Assembly (NCBI RefSeq): GCF_003334815.1
Contig: NZ_QOWO01000002.1
Reading direction: 5' to 3' (one strand)
Source of the DNA: Escherichia coli
GTDB taxonomy: Bacteria > Pseudomonadota > Gammaproteobacteria > Enterobacterales > Enterobacteriaceae
DNA length: 64,000 bases
How positions within the stretch are numbered: position 1 is the first letter of the stretch; every line of letters begins with the position of its first letter. The notes under the pieces were generated by a model. The model did not search any database. It saw only the letters and a list, made by a program, of their open reading frames with translations, and was not told where the DNA came from. Below, one piece after another: positions 1 to 11,663 of the stretch. A program made the translations under genes and the position numbers.

Positions 1-168
1 TGTTTTGCCTTTACCGCCTTTGCCTGTTTGACGGGGATCTTCCCGAAAATGGAAGCCTTCACTGCAGAGTGGACCTTCCAGTTGGCGCTGAATGTTGCAA
101 CGCCGTTTGTGCTGGTAGGATTAGGACTGATATTCCCGCTGCTGGCGCGTAAAGCGAATAGTAAATAA
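1..168 (+). CDS. ycaM: 3' end of putative transporter gene (C-terminal fragment; start outside window)
   Basis: Frame 1 is open from the window edge to TAA at 166-168 (…LIFPLLARKANSK*), hydrophobic C-terminus; assignment by synteny with ycaN/ycaK. Confidence 0.55.
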   Translation, partial: CFAFTAFACLTGIFPKMEAFTAEWTFQLALNVATPFVLVGLGLIFPLLARKANSK

Positions 169-1077
169 TTATTGTGGTCGGTGACGCTGACTCTGGCAGA
201 TCTGACCCGTTTTTACATAATCGAGAAATGCGCGCAAGCCGCAGGACATATACTGGCGGTTTGGATAATAGATCTGGAAGCCTGGACGCTCTGTGCTCCA
301 GTCTTCCAGTACACATTCTAAACGACCAGTATCAAGGTACTCCTTGATCTGTTCATAGAGCAGATACCCGATACCAGCACCCATCAAAACGGCCTCCAGT
401 TCAGCATCAACATCATCCAGAATGATATTTCCTGCGACAGCAATTTCCAGCTCCTTTGCAAATTGCCAGTGGAAAGGTTTGCCGCTGGGATAACGAAAAA
501 CAACACATTGATGATTAAGCAGATCATGAGGATGGCGGGGTTTGCCATATCTTGCAAAGTACTCTGGCGTTGCTGCTACACATAATTTCACTGGCGGGCC
601 GATCGCCACGCTGATCATATCTTTTTCGACGATGCAACTAAGTCGAACGCCAGCGTCAAAGCCCTGTTGGACGATATCGACAAGAGAGTCGTCAGTTGTG
701 AGCTCGACTTTAATATCAGGATATTCACGTGTGAAACCAACCAGTAAAGACATTAAAAATATACGTGCAGCTACCCGGGCGGCATTGATTTTGAGCGTTC
801 CTGTCGGTGTCAGACGAAAATCATTCATCTCATCTAACATGATCTGAATTTCGTCGAAAGCTGGGCGCAATCGTTCATAGAGATTAGAACCCGCTTCCGT
901 TAACGATACGCTTCGGGTTGTCCGATTGAATAAGCGAATTTTAAGACGTTGTTCCAGTGTTTTAATACTATGGCTAATGGCGGACGAGGATAAGCCTAAC
1001 TCATCGCCCGCTGCACGAAAGCTTTGATTACGGGCCACGGCAAAGAAAGTGGCAAAGTCAGACATATTCATCCGCAT
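169..1077 (-). CDS. ycaN: LysR-family transcriptional regulator
   Basis: 302-aa ORF with N-terminal LysR-type HTH (FRAAGDELGLSSSAISHSIKTLEQRL); divergent from ycaK; its stop codon abuts the ycaM stop (taatta at 166-171). Confidence 0.9.
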   Translation of the reverse strand: MRMNMSDFATFFAVARNQSFRAAGDELGLSSSAISHSIKTLEQRLKIRLFNRTTRSVSLTEAGSNLYERLRPAFDEIQIMLDEMNDFRLTPTGTLKINAARVAARIFLMSLLVGFTREYPDIKVELTTDDSLVDIVQQGFDAGVRLSCIVEKDMISVAIGPPVKLCVAATPEYFARYGKPRHPHDLLNHQCVVFRYPSGKPFHWQFAKELEIAVAGNIILDDVDAELEAVLMGAGIGYLLYEQIKEYLDTGRLECVLEDWSTERPGFQIYYPNRQYMSCGLRAFLDYVKTGQICQSQRHRPQ

Positions 1078-1100
1078 TAGTGAAAATCCTTCATTAACTC

Positions 1101-1126
1101 ATCCTGAATCATCACGTTTACAGGAT
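1101..1126. promoter_or_regulatory. inverted repeat ATCCTG-N14-CAGGAT in the ycaN/ycaK divergent intergenic region (candidate LysR-type operator)
   Basis: Perfect 6-bp inverted repeat read directly at 1101-1106 and 1121-1126, between divergent start codons of a LysR regulator and its neighbour. Confidence 0.4.
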
Positions 1127-1176
1127 TATGCCGCCTGCGTAAAGTGCGCTCCAGAACTTAACGTGGAGGTAAAATT

Positions 1177-1767
1177 ATGCAGTCTGAACGTATTTATTTG
1201 GTATGGGCCCATCCTCGTCATGATTCATTGACCGCACATATTGCTGATGCGATCCATCAGCGGGCAATGGAGCGGAAAATACAGGTGACGGAACTCGATT
1301 TATATCGGCGTAATTTCAACCCAGTGATGACGCCGGAAGATGAACCAGACTGGAAGAATATGGATAAACGTTATTCTCCAGAGGTTCATCAGCTTTATTC
1401 AGAGCTGCTTGAACATGACACGTTAGTGGTGGTTTTTCCTCTCTGGTGGTACAGCTTCCCGGCAATGCTAAAAGGATATATTGACAGAGTATGGAATAAT
1501 GGGCTGGCTTATGGAGATGGGCACAAATTACCATTCAATAAAGTTCGTTGGGTGGCGCTGGTTGGAGGAGACAAAGAATCATTTGTCCAGATGGGCTGGG
1601 AAAAAAATATAAGCGATTATTTAAAAAATATGTGCAGTTATCTTGGTATTGAAGATGCCGATGTCACTTTCTTGTGTAATACAGTGGTATTCGATGGGGA
1701 AGAACTTCACGCGAGCTATTATCAGTCGTTATTATCTCAGGTACGGGATATGGTAGATGCACTATAA
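1177..1767 (+). CDS. ycaK: flavodoxin-like NAD(P)H dehydrogenase (quinone) family protein
   Basis: 196-aa ORF, GGAGG Shine-Dalgarno about 9 nt upstream of ATG; KefF/MdaB-like fold recognised from sequence. Confidence 0.88.
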   Translation: MQSERIYLVWAHPRHDSLTAHIADAIHQRAMERKIQVTELDLYRRNFNPVMTPEDEPDWKNMDKRYSPEVHQLYSELLEHDTLVVVFPLWWYSFPAMLKGYIDRVWNNGLAYGDGHKLPFNKVRWVALVGGDKESFVQMGWEKNISDYLKNMCSYLGIEDADVTFLCNTVVFDGEELHASYYQSLLSQVRDMVDAL

Positions 1768-1805
1768 GATGTGTTAAAAACGCTGTAGCAGAATGAAGCG
1801 CGGAA

Positions 1806-1838
1806 TAAAAAAGCGGCAACTCAATAAAGTTGCCGCTT
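1806..1838 (-). terminator. rho-independent terminator downstream of pflA (hairpin also faces ycaK)
   Basis: Stem AAGCGGCAAC/GTTGCCGCTT (1811-1820 / 1829-1838) followed on the minus strand by a T-run. Confidence 0.75.
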
Positions 1839-1848
1839 TACGGGGAAA

Positions 1849-2589
1849 TTAGAACATTACCTTATGACCGTACTGCTCAAGAATGCCTTTCACGCGTTCC
1901 ATGGTCTCTTTCTTCGGTGGTTTAACACCGTCGAGTTTGTACTCTTCACCCATTGCCACCCATTTGTGTTTGCCCAGCTCGTGGTAGGGGAGAAGCTCGA
2001 TTTTCTCAACGTTGCCCATATCACGGGTAAATTCACCGAGGCGATGCGCTGAATCGTCATCGTCAGACCAGCCTGGGACAACAACGTAGCGGATCCACAC
2101 CTTCACATTTTTGTTCGCCAGATATTTAGCGAACTCCAGCGTGCGGTGGTTGGAAACTCCAACCAGATTTTGGTGGATCTCGTCGTTCATCTGTTTGAGA
2201 TCGAGCATTACCAGGTCGGTTACTTCCAGCAGTTCATCAATCACCGGATCGTAACGACGAACAAAACCGTTGGTGTCCAGACAGGTATGAATGCCTTCTT
2301 TTTTGCAGGCGCGGAACCAGTCACGAACAAACTCAGCTTGCAGGATTGCTTCACCGCCGGATGCGGTAACGCCGCCGCCGGAAGCGTTCATAAAGTGGCG
2401 ATAGGTCACCACTTCCTTCATCAAATCTTCAACGGTAACTTCTTTACCGCCATGCGTGTCCCAGGTGTCGCGGTTATGACAATACAGGCAGCGCATCAGG
2501 CAGCCCTGGAAAAAGGTGATAAAGCGAATACCTGGGCCGTCTACGGTTCCACAGGATTCAAAGGAGTGAATGCGACCAATAACTGACAT
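1849..2589 (-). CDS. pflA: pyruvate formate-lyase activating enzyme (radical SAM)
   Basis: ORF-track 255 aa trimmed to internal ATG giving 246-aa PflA ([20 protein letters not shown]…); CxxxCxxC motif CLMRCLYC. Confidence 0.95.
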   Translation of the reverse strand: MSVIGRIHSFESCGTVDGPGIRFITFFQGCLMRCLYCHNRDTWDTHGGKEVTVEDLMKEVVTYRHFMNASGGGVTASGGEAILQAEFVRDWFRACKKEGIHTCLDTNGFVRRYDPVIDELLEVTDLVMLDLKQMNDEIHQNLVGVSNHRTLEFAKYLANKNVKVWIRYVVVPGWSDDDDSAHRLGEFTRDMGNVEKIELLPYHELGKHKWVAMGEEYKLDGVKPPKKETMERVKGILEQYGHKVMF

Positions 2590-2710
2590 TGCGGTGTTTC
2601 TCCAGATGTGGCCCATCTGAGGCCGTGTTGGTGCGCAGCTCGAAGGCTACGTCGAGTCTGTTTTGGCAGTCACCTTAAAGTATAGATAGCTGACAAAAAA
2701 GGCTCTCGCG

Positions 2711-2738
2711 CTAAAAAAGGCCCCACTTTCGTGGAGCC
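2711..2738 (-). terminator. rho-independent terminator downstream of pflB
   Basis: Hairpin GGCCCCAC-TTTC-GTGGAGCC (2719-2738) followed on the minus strand by TTTTTT (plus-strand A-run 2713-2718). Confidence 0.7.
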
Positions 2739-2780
2739 TTTATTGTACGCTTTTTACTGTACGATTTCAGTCAAATCTAA

Positions 2781-5063
<2,283 letters not shown>

Positions 5064-5117
5064 GTAACACCTACCTTCTTAAGTGGATTTTTTATTTACT
5101 GCGTACTTCGACAACCA

Positions 5118-5975
5118 TTAATGGTGGTCGTTTTCACGCAGGTAAATGACCCAGTATGTCAACCCAACCAACAAACCACCACCGATAATGTTGCCGATCG
5201 TAACCGGAATCAGGTTATCAGTGATGAAATTCATCACGGTCAGGTGAGAAAAATTTTCCGGTGCAGAACCGACTGCGGTCCAAAATTCCGGGGATGCGAA
5301 GTCGCGGATTACAATACCCATCGGGATCATAAACATGTTTGCGATACTGTGCTCAAAACCGCTGGCAACAAACATCGCGACCGGCAGCACCATAATGAAC
5401 GCTTTGTCCATCAGGCTGCGGCCAGAATAACTCATCCATACTGCCAGACATACCATCAGGTTTGCCAGGATACCAAGACAGACGGCCTCAATAAAAGTAT
5501 GGTGCACTTTGTGGTCGGCGGTTTGTAGGACGTTTAGTCCCCATTGACCATTTGCGGTCATATACTCGCCGGAAAGCCACATTAAAAGTACAAACAGCAG
5601 TGCGCCGACCAGGTTGCCAAAATAGACATTTAGCCAGTTTTTCGCCAACTGACCCCAGGTGATGCGCCCACTCGCCTTAGCAACAACAATCAACACGGTG
5701 GAAGTAAAGAGATCGGCTCCGCAGACAACACAAAGAATCAGCCCCAGAGAGAAGCAAATGCCGCCAACCAGTTTTGCCATGCCGAAGGGCATTGTGCCTG
5801 TGCCAGTGGTTGCTGTGATATAGAAGACGAATGCGATTGAGATGAAAACACCGGCGGTAATCGCCAGATAGAAAGTCTTAAGCGGATGTTTCGTTGCTTT
5901 ATAGACACCCGCCTCTTCGGCCACTTTGGCCATTGCAGCAGGAAGTAAAAGATCAAAAGGGTTGTCAGCTTTCAC
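5118..5975 (-). CDS. focA: formate channel FocA (FNT family)
   Basis: ORF-track frame trimmed to GTG start giving 285-aa FocA (VKADNPFDLLLPAAMAKVAEEAG…); 54 bp upstream of pflB. Confidence 0.92.
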   Translation of the reverse strand: MKADNPFDLLLPAAMAKVAEEAGVYKATKHPLKTFYLAITAGVFISIAFVFYITATTGTGTMPFGMAKLVGGICFSLGLILCVVCGADLFTSTVLIVVAKASGRITWGQLAKNWLNVYFGNLVGALLFVLLMWLSGEYMTANGQWGLNVLQTADHKVHHTFIEAVCLGILANLMVCLAVWMSYSGRSLMDKAFIMVLPVAMFVASGFEHSIANMFMIPMGIVIRDFASPEFWTAVGSAPENFSHLTVMNFITDNLIPVTIGNIIGGGLLVGLTYWVIYLRENDHH

Positions 5976-6035
5976 ACTAACTCTCTCTTTATTAAGTCGG
6001 CGACGAGATACTAACAAAGCATTATAGATGAGAAA

Positions 6036-6049
6036 TTGATATAGATCAT
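6036..6049. promoter_or_regulatory. FNR-like palindrome TTGAT-ATAG-ATCAT upstream of focA
   Basis: Near match to FNR consensus TTGAT-N4-ATCAA, about 60-75 bp upstream of the focA start in a 405-bp AT-rich region. Confidence 0.45.
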
Positions 6050-6306
6050 ATCTCGCCTGGCTTATAGGCCCGTAACTCGCATGGTTTTTATGCAAATACG
6101 GAGTAAATATTTGATTATCCAAATAAAAATAAATTTTAAAAATTAACAAATGAGTTGAATTTTTTCCGCATCCTCCGCTAAAACAGTTAATTAAAAGGGA
6201 GCATCAGGCGAATAAAGTAACAATATCGATCGTATTTATTAAATACAAATTACCGATATTTAACCTTATAATTACAATTATTTTATTAATGCAAATATAT
6301 GTAAAG

Positions 6307-6329
6307 CGGGGCATTAAAAAAACGCCCCG
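6307..6329 (-). terminator. hairpin downstream of ycaO (putative terminator)
   Basis: Stem CGGGGC/GCCCCG with A/T-rich loop; no clean U-tract. Confidence 0.4.
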
Positions 6330-6380
6330 TAATATAACTCAGACTAATCATTAAGCCTACATTGCGTAGGCTATTTGATT

Positions 6381-8141
6381 TTATTTTGCCCAGAATGCTG
6401 CTTTGGCGCGCTGCAGCTTTTCGTAGGCCTTCAACAACGACTGATGTGCAGCAAACGCGTGCAGATCGCTATCTACCGGTTGCAGGCCGTAAAACGCCGC
6501 TTCGCCGCTCATTGCCGCACTGGCGGCTTCTACGGCATCTGCGCCGTACATGCGAACAAACGCATTCAGATATTGCAGCGGCTGGCGATCTTCTTCCTGT
6601 GCCAGTAATAACAACGTTTGCAGGCAGCGATAATAGTTGGCGCGTTCCGGACTAAATACTGATGAGTTAAACTCCATCGTCCATTCGGTCCAGACCAGAG
6701 CCTGTTCCAGATCGCCACCAGCCAGCGCCAGCATGGCTTTTAATTCACCGATACGCAGGGTGTACCAACCGTTATCCGACCCGGTCGCCAGACCCAACAG
6801 CTCACGCACGCGGGTAAAGTCATCAAAACCTTCTTCATCCAGTTGCTCGATGAGGTTCAGGTAATCTTCTTTTTCCCACTCGCTGCCTGGTAGCGAAAGA
6901 ATCGTTTCACGTAAATGGCTGCCCATACTGTTATTCGCGAGCCACAGATCTTCAGCCGGATAAATATCGGACATGCCAGGCACGATAATACGGCAAGCAT
7001 AAACGCCCAGATGCTCGTAATCGGCAATATAAACTTCTTTATCTTCTTTGTTGAAGATAGCCATCAGTGTGGCGAACTCTTCTTCCGTGGTGCCGGAGAA
7101 ATTCCAGTCCACAAACGGATAATCGGCATCCTGCTTGAACAGGTCCCAGGAGATTAAACCGCTGGAATCGATAAAGTGCGTTTCGAGGTTGGTATGTTCA
7201 GCGACTTCTTCATCATCGAAGGTTGGCGGAGTAAACACATCCAAATCTTTCAGGCCACGACCTTGCAGCAGCTCGGTCACGGTACGTTCCAGTGCTACGC
7301 CAAAATCAGGATGCGCACCGAAAGAGGCAAAGCAGGTACCGTTAGCAGGATTGAACAGTACCACGCAAATCACCGGATACTGGCCGCCAAGCGAACCGTC
7401 ATAAGCGAAGATTGGGAAACCCTCCGCTTCCAGCGTTTCGATGGCTTCAACTACTGCTGGGTAACGCGCCAGCACGTCTGCCGGGATCTCTGGCAGGCTG
7501 ATGCTTTCAGCAATAATGCGGTTTTTCACGTAGCGTTCGAAAACTTCAGACAATCCCTGAACGCGTGCTTCGTTGCGGGTATTACCTGCGGACATACCGT
7601 TGGAGACGTACAGGTTACCAATGATATTCATCGGAATATAAACGGTCTGATTGTCGGACTGACGCGTAAACGGCAGGCCGCAAATACCACGATCTTCGTT
7701 ACCGGATTGTAGGTCAATCAGCATGCTGCCGGTCAGTTCATTCTCCGGATCATAAAACGCGCGCAGACGGTCATCGAGCAGCCCTTCTGGCACATCGTCA
7801 TTTTCGGTCAGTGGGAACCATTTTTCGTTGGGATAATGCACGAACGGACCGTTGGCGATGGTTTCGCCCAGCCAGAAGTCCGCAAAAAAGTAGTTGGTTG
7901 AGAGACGCTCGAAATATTCACCGAGTGCAGAAGCCAGCGCCGCTTTCTTGGTTGCGCCTTTACCGTTGGTAAAACACAGTGCGCACTCTTTGTCGCGAAT
8001 ATGTACAGACCAGACGTTAGGCACGGGATTCAGCCAGGAGGCCTCTTCAATCTGAAAGCCGAGGTCTGAAAGTTTTTGCTGGAAGCGAGCGATGGAATCT
8101 TCCAGAGCGGCATCTTTGCCGGGGATAAATGTTTGCGTCAT
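6381..8141 (-). CDS. ycaO: YcaO-domain protein (ribosomal protein S12 methylthiolation accessory factor)
   Basis: ORF-track 597 aa trimmed to ATG giving 586 aa (MTQTFIPGKDAALEDSIARFQQ…); recognised as E. coli YcaO. Confidence 0.9.
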   Translation of the reverse strand: MTQTFIPGKDAALEDSIARFQQKLSDLGFQIEEASWLNPVPNVWSVHIRDKECALCFTNGKGATKKAALASALGEYFERLSTNYFFADFWLGETIANGPFVHYPNEKWFPLTENDDVPEGLLDDRLRAFYDPENELTGSMLIDLQSGNEDRGICGLPFTRQSDNQTVYIPMNIIGNLYVSNGMSAGNTRNEARVQGLSEVFERYVKNRIIAESISLPEIPADVLARYPAVVEAIETLEAEGFPIFAYDGSLGGQYPVICVVLFNPANGTCFASFGAHPDFGVALERTVTELLQGRGLKDLDVFTPPTFDDEEVAEHTNLETHFIDSSGLISWDLFKQDADYPFVDWNFSGTTEEEFATLMAIFNKEDKEVYIADYEHLGVYACRIIVPGMSDIYPAEDLWLANNSMGSHLRETILSLPGSEWEKEDYLNLIEQLDEEGFDDFTRVRELLGLATGSDNGWYTLRIGELKAMLALAGGDLEQALVWTEWTMEFNSSVFSPERANYYRCLQTLLLLAQEEDRQPLQYLNAFVRMYGADAVEAASAAMSGEAAFYGLQPVDSDLHAFAAHQSLLKAYEKLQRAKAAFWAK

Positions 8142-8270
8142 GAAAATCACTTTAGTCGTACGGAAAGCGCGCAATAATACGGGTTTTATCTCAAAGGCGC
8201 TATCACCGCCGCCATGCCGATGAACTGTTGACTATGCTTTTAGCGGATAAACCACGTTAAGAGCATAAAA

Positions 8271-8963
8271 ATGAAGGCGTTCGATCTCCACCGTATGGCA
8301 TTTGATAAAGTGCCTTTTGATTTCCTTGGCGAAGTTGCACTACGTAGTCTTTATACCTTTGTACTGGTCTTTTTGTTCCTCAAAATGACCGGAAGACGCG
8401 GTGTGCGGCAGATGTCGCTGTTTGAAGTTTTAATCATTCTGACGCTGGGATCAGCGGCGGGAGATGTGGCGTTTTATGATGATGTGCCGATGGTCCCGGT
8501 ACTTATCGTCTTTATTACTCTGGCGTTGTTATACCGCCTGGTAATGTGGTTGATGGCGCACAGTGAAAAACTGGAAGATCTTCTGGAAGGCAAGCCAGTT
8601 GTCATTATTGAAGATGGCGAGCTGGCCTGGTCGAAACTCAATAACTCCAACATGACGGAATTTGAGTTCTTTATGGAGCTACGATTGCGTGGCGTGGAGC
8701 AGCTGGGGCAGGTACGTCTGGCGATTCTCGAAACCAACGGGCAAATCAGTGTCTATTTCTTTGAAGATGACAAGGTGAAACCGGGTTTACTTATTTTACC
8801 CAGTGATTGTACGCAGCGTTACAAAGTGGTGCCGGAGTCGGCGGACTATGCCTGTATTCGTTGTAGTGAAATCATTCATATGAAAGCGGGGGAAAAACAA
8901 TTATGTCCGCGCTGTGCAAATCCAGAATGGACGAAGGCAAGTCGGGCAAAACGGGTGACCTGA
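8271..8963 (+). CDS. ycaP: inner-membrane protein, DUF421 family
   Basis: 230-aa ORF with hydrophobic N-terminal segments; divergent from ycaO; recognised as YcaP. Confidence 0.85.
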   Translation: MKAFDLHRMAFDKVPFDFLGEVALRSLYTFVLVFLFLKMTGRRGVRQMSLFEVLIILTLGSAAGDVAFYDDVPMVPVLIVFITLALLYRLVMWLMAHSEKLEDLLEGKPVVIIEDGELAWSKLNNSNMTEFEFFMELRLRGVEQLGQVRLAILETNGQISVYFFEDDKVKPGLLILPSDCTQRYKVVPESADYACIRCSEIIHMKAGEKQLCPRCANPEWTKASRAKRVT

Positions 8964-9161
8964 CAGTAAAAACATCGGCTTTTTGCTAATAATCCGAGAG
9001 ATTCTTTTGTGTGATGCAAGCCACATTTTTGCCCTCAACGGTTTTACTCATTGCGATGTGTGTCACTGAATGATAAAACCGATAGCCACAGGAATAATGT
9101 ATTACCTGTGGTCGCAATCGATTGACCGCGGGTTAATAGCAACGCAACGTGGTGAGGGGAA

Positions 9162-10250
9162 ATGGCTCAAATCTTCAATTTTAGTTCTGGTCCGGCAATG
9201 CTACCGGCAGAGGTGCTTAAACAGGCTCAACAGGAACTGCGCGACTGGAACGGTCTTGGTACGTCGGTGATGGAAGTGAGTCACCGTGGCAAAGAGTTCA
9301 TTCAGGTTGCAGAGGAAGCCGAGAAGGATTTTCGCGATCTTCTTAATGTCCCCTCCAACTACAAGGTATTATTCTGCCATGGCGGTGGTCGCGGTCAGTT
9401 TGCTGCGGTACCGCTGAATATTCTCGGTGATAAAACCACCGCAGATTATGTTGATGCCGGTTACTGGGCGGCAAGTGCCATTAAAGAAGCGAAAAAATAC
9501 TGCACGCCTAATGTCTTTGACGCCAAAGTGACTGTTGATGGTCTGCGCGCGGTTAAGCCAATGCGTGAATGGCAACTCTCTGATAATGCTGCTTATATGC
9601 ATTATTGCCCGAATGAAACCATCGATGGTATCGCCATCGACGAAACGCCAGACTTCGGCGCAGATGTGGTGGTCGCCGCTGACTTCTCTTCAACCATTCT
9701 TTCCCGTCCGATTGACGTCAGCCGTTATGGTGTAATTTACGCTGGCGCGCAGAAAAATATCGGCCCGGCTGGCCTGACAATCGTCATCGTTCGTGAAGAT
9801 TTGCTGGGCAAAGCGAATATCGCGTGTCCGTCGATTCTGGATTATTCCATCCTCAACGATAACGGCTCCATGTTTAACACGCCGCCGACATTTGCCTGGT
9901 ATCTATCTGGTCTGGTCTTTAAATGGCTGAAAGCGAACGGCGGTGTAGCTGAAATGGATAAAATCAATCAGCAAAAAGCAGAACTGCTATATGGGGTGAT
10001 TGATAACAGCGATTTCTACCGCAATGACGTGGCGAAAGCTAACCGTTCGCGGATGAACGTGCCGTTCCAGTTGGCGGACAGTGCGCTTGACAAATTGTTC
10101 CTTGAAGAGTCTTTTGCTGCTGGCCTTCATGCACTGAAAGGTCACCGTGTGGTCGGCGGAATGCGCGCTTCTATTTATAACGCCATGCCGCTGGAAGGCG
10201 TTAAAGCGCTGACAGACTTCATGGTTGAGTTCGAACGCCGTCACGGTTAA
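9162..10250 (+). CDS. serC: phosphoserine aminotransferase
   Basis: 362-aa ORF ([31 protein letters not shown]…), class V aminotransferase; directly upstream of aroA. Confidence 0.97.
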   Translation: MAQIFNFSSGPAMLPAEVLKQAQQELRDWNGLGTSVMEVSHRGKEFIQVAEEAEKDFRDLLNVPSNYKVLFCHGGGRGQFAAVPLNILGDKTTADYVDAGYWAASAIKEAKKYCTPNVFDAKVTVDGLRAVKPMREWQLSDNAAYMHYCPNETIDGIAIDETPDFGADVVVAADFSSTILSRPIDVSRYGVIYAGAQKNIGPAGLTIVIVREDLLGKANIACPSILDYSILNDNGSMFNTPPTFAWYLSGLVFKWLKANGGVAEMDKINQQKAELLYGVIDNSDFYRNDVAKANRSRMNVPFQLADSALDKLFLEESFAAGLHALKGHRVVGGMRASIYNAMPLEGVKALTDFMVEFERRHG

Positions 10251-10269
10251 TGCCGAAATTTTGCTTAAT

Positions 10270-10295
10270 CCCCACAGCCAGCCTGTGGGGTTTTT
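10270..10295 (+). terminator. intercistronic hairpin plus T-run between serC and aroA (partial terminator / attenuator)
   Basis: CCCCACAGCC-AGCCTGTGGGG followed by TTTTT, inside the 70-bp serC-aroA spacer. Confidence 0.75.
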
Positions 10296-10320
10296 ATTTC
10301 TGTTGTAGAGAGTTGAGTTC

Positions 10321-11604
10321 ATGGAATCCCTGACGTTACAACCCATCGCTCGTGTCGATGGCACTATTAATCTGCCCGGTTCCAAGAGCGTTTCTAACCG
10401 CGCTTTATTGCTGGCGGCATTAGCACACGGCAAAACAGTATTAACCAATCTGCTGGATAGCGATGACGTGCGCCATATGCTGAATGCATTAACAGCGTTA
10501 GGGGTAAGCTATACGCTTTCAGCCGATCGTACGCGTTGCGAAATTATCGGTAACGGCGGTCCATTACACGCAGAAGGTGCCCTGGAGTTGTTCCTCGGTA
10601 ACGCCGGAACGGCAATGCGTCCGCTGGCGGCAGCTCTTTGTCTGGGTAGCAATGATATTGTGCTGACCGGTGAGCCGCGTATGAAAGAACGCCCGATTGG
10701 TCATCTGGTGGATGCGCTGCGCCTGGGCGGGGCGAAGATCACTTACCTGGAACAAGAAAATTATCCGCCGTTGCGTTTACAGGGCGGCTTTACTGGCGGC
10801 AACGTTGACGTTGATGGCTCCGTTTCCAGCCAATTCCTCACCGCACTGTTAATGACTGCGCCTCTTGCGCCGGAAGATACGGTGATTCGTATTAAAGGCG
10901 ATCTGGTTTCTAAACCTTATATCGACATCACACTCAATCTGATGAAGACGTTTGGTGTTGAAATTGAAAATCAGCACTATCAACAATTTGTCGTAAAAGG
11001 CGGGCAGTCTTATCAGTCTCCGGGTACTTATTTGGTCGAAGGCGATGCATCTTCGGCTTCTTACTTTCTGGCAGCAGCAGCAATCAAAGGCGGCACTGTA
11101 AAAGTGACCGGTATTGGACGTAACAGTATGCAGGGTGATATTCGCTTTGCTGATGTGCTGGAAAAAATGGGCGCGACCATTTGCTGGGGCGATGATTATA
11201 TTTCCTGCACGCGTGGTGAACTGAACGCTATTGATATGGATATGAACCATATTCCTGATGCGGCGATGACCATTGCCACGGCGGCGTTATTTGCAAAAGG
11301 CACCACCACGCTGCGCAATATCTATAACTGGCGTGTTAAAGAGACCGATCGCCTGTTTGCGATGGCAACAGAACTGCGTAAAGTCGGCGCGGAAGTGGAA
11401 GAGGGGCACGATTACATTCGTATCACTCCTCCGGAAAAACTGAACTTTGCCGAGATCGCGACATACAATGATCACCGGATGGCGATGTGTTTCTCGCTGG
11501 TGGCGTTGTCAGATACACCAGTGACGATTCTTGATCCCAAATGCACGGCCAAAACATTTCCGGATTATTTCGAGCAGCTGGCGCGGATTAGCCAGGCAGC
11601 CTGA
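10321..11604 (+). CDS. aroA: 3-phosphoshikimate 1-carboxyvinyltransferase (EPSP synthase)
   Basis: 427-aa ORF ([35 protein letters not shown]…), serC-aroA operon arrangement. Confidence 0.97.
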   Translation: MESLTLQPIARVDGTINLPGSKSVSNRALLLAALAHGKTVLTNLLDSDDVRHMLNALTALGVSYTLSADRTRCEIIGNGGPLHAEGALELFLGNAGTAMRPLAAALCLGSNDIVLTGEPRMKERPIGHLVDALRLGGAKITYLEQENYPPLRLQGGFTGGNVDVDGSVSSQFLTALLMTAPLAPEDTVIRIKGDLVSKPYIDITLNLMKTFGVEIENQHYQQFVVKGGQSYQSPGTYLVEGDASSASYFLAAAAIKGGTVKVTGIGRNSMQGDIRFADVLEKMGATICWGDDYISCTRGELNAIDMDMNHIPDAAMTIATAALFAKGTTTLRNIYNWRVKETDRLFAMATELRKVGAEVEEGHDYIRITPPEKLNFAEIATYNDHRMAMCFSLVALSDTPVTILDPKCTAKTFPDYFEQLARISQAA

Positions 11605-11650
11605 ATGAACAACGGGCAATAAATAGCCAAATCTTTCTTTATCAAAACGT

Positions 11651-11663
11651 CGGCACATTGTCG
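11651..11663. repeat. IS4 target-site duplication, left copy (CGGCACATTGTCG)
   Basis: 13-bp sequence immediately outside the IS4 left end, identical to 13090-13102. Confidence 0.88.

Noticed and set aside
6381-8141. ycaO as the core of a RiPP (azoline or thioamide) biosynthetic cluster
   Set aside because: No precursor peptide, dehydrogenase, TfuA-like or E1-like partner genes nearby; flanking genes are focA and ycaP
6381-8174. Longer N-terminal extensions offered by the ORF track (ycaO 597 aa, also pflA, asnS, pncB, ssuA, ssuC, ycaI, ycaL, mukE, zapC, pyrD, elfA, ycbV, ycbF)
   Set aside because: In each case an internal ATG or GTG with better RBS context gives the length and N-terminus I recall for the E. 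coli protein. Extensions would run through promoter or operator sequences, such as the NAD box upstream of pncB
9070-9270. 66-aa ORF upstream of and overlapping the serC start
   Set aside because: Out-of-frame overlap with the serC start; region is better explained as the serC promoter and leader (contains inverted repeat CCACAGG-N12-CCTGTGG at 9078-9104)
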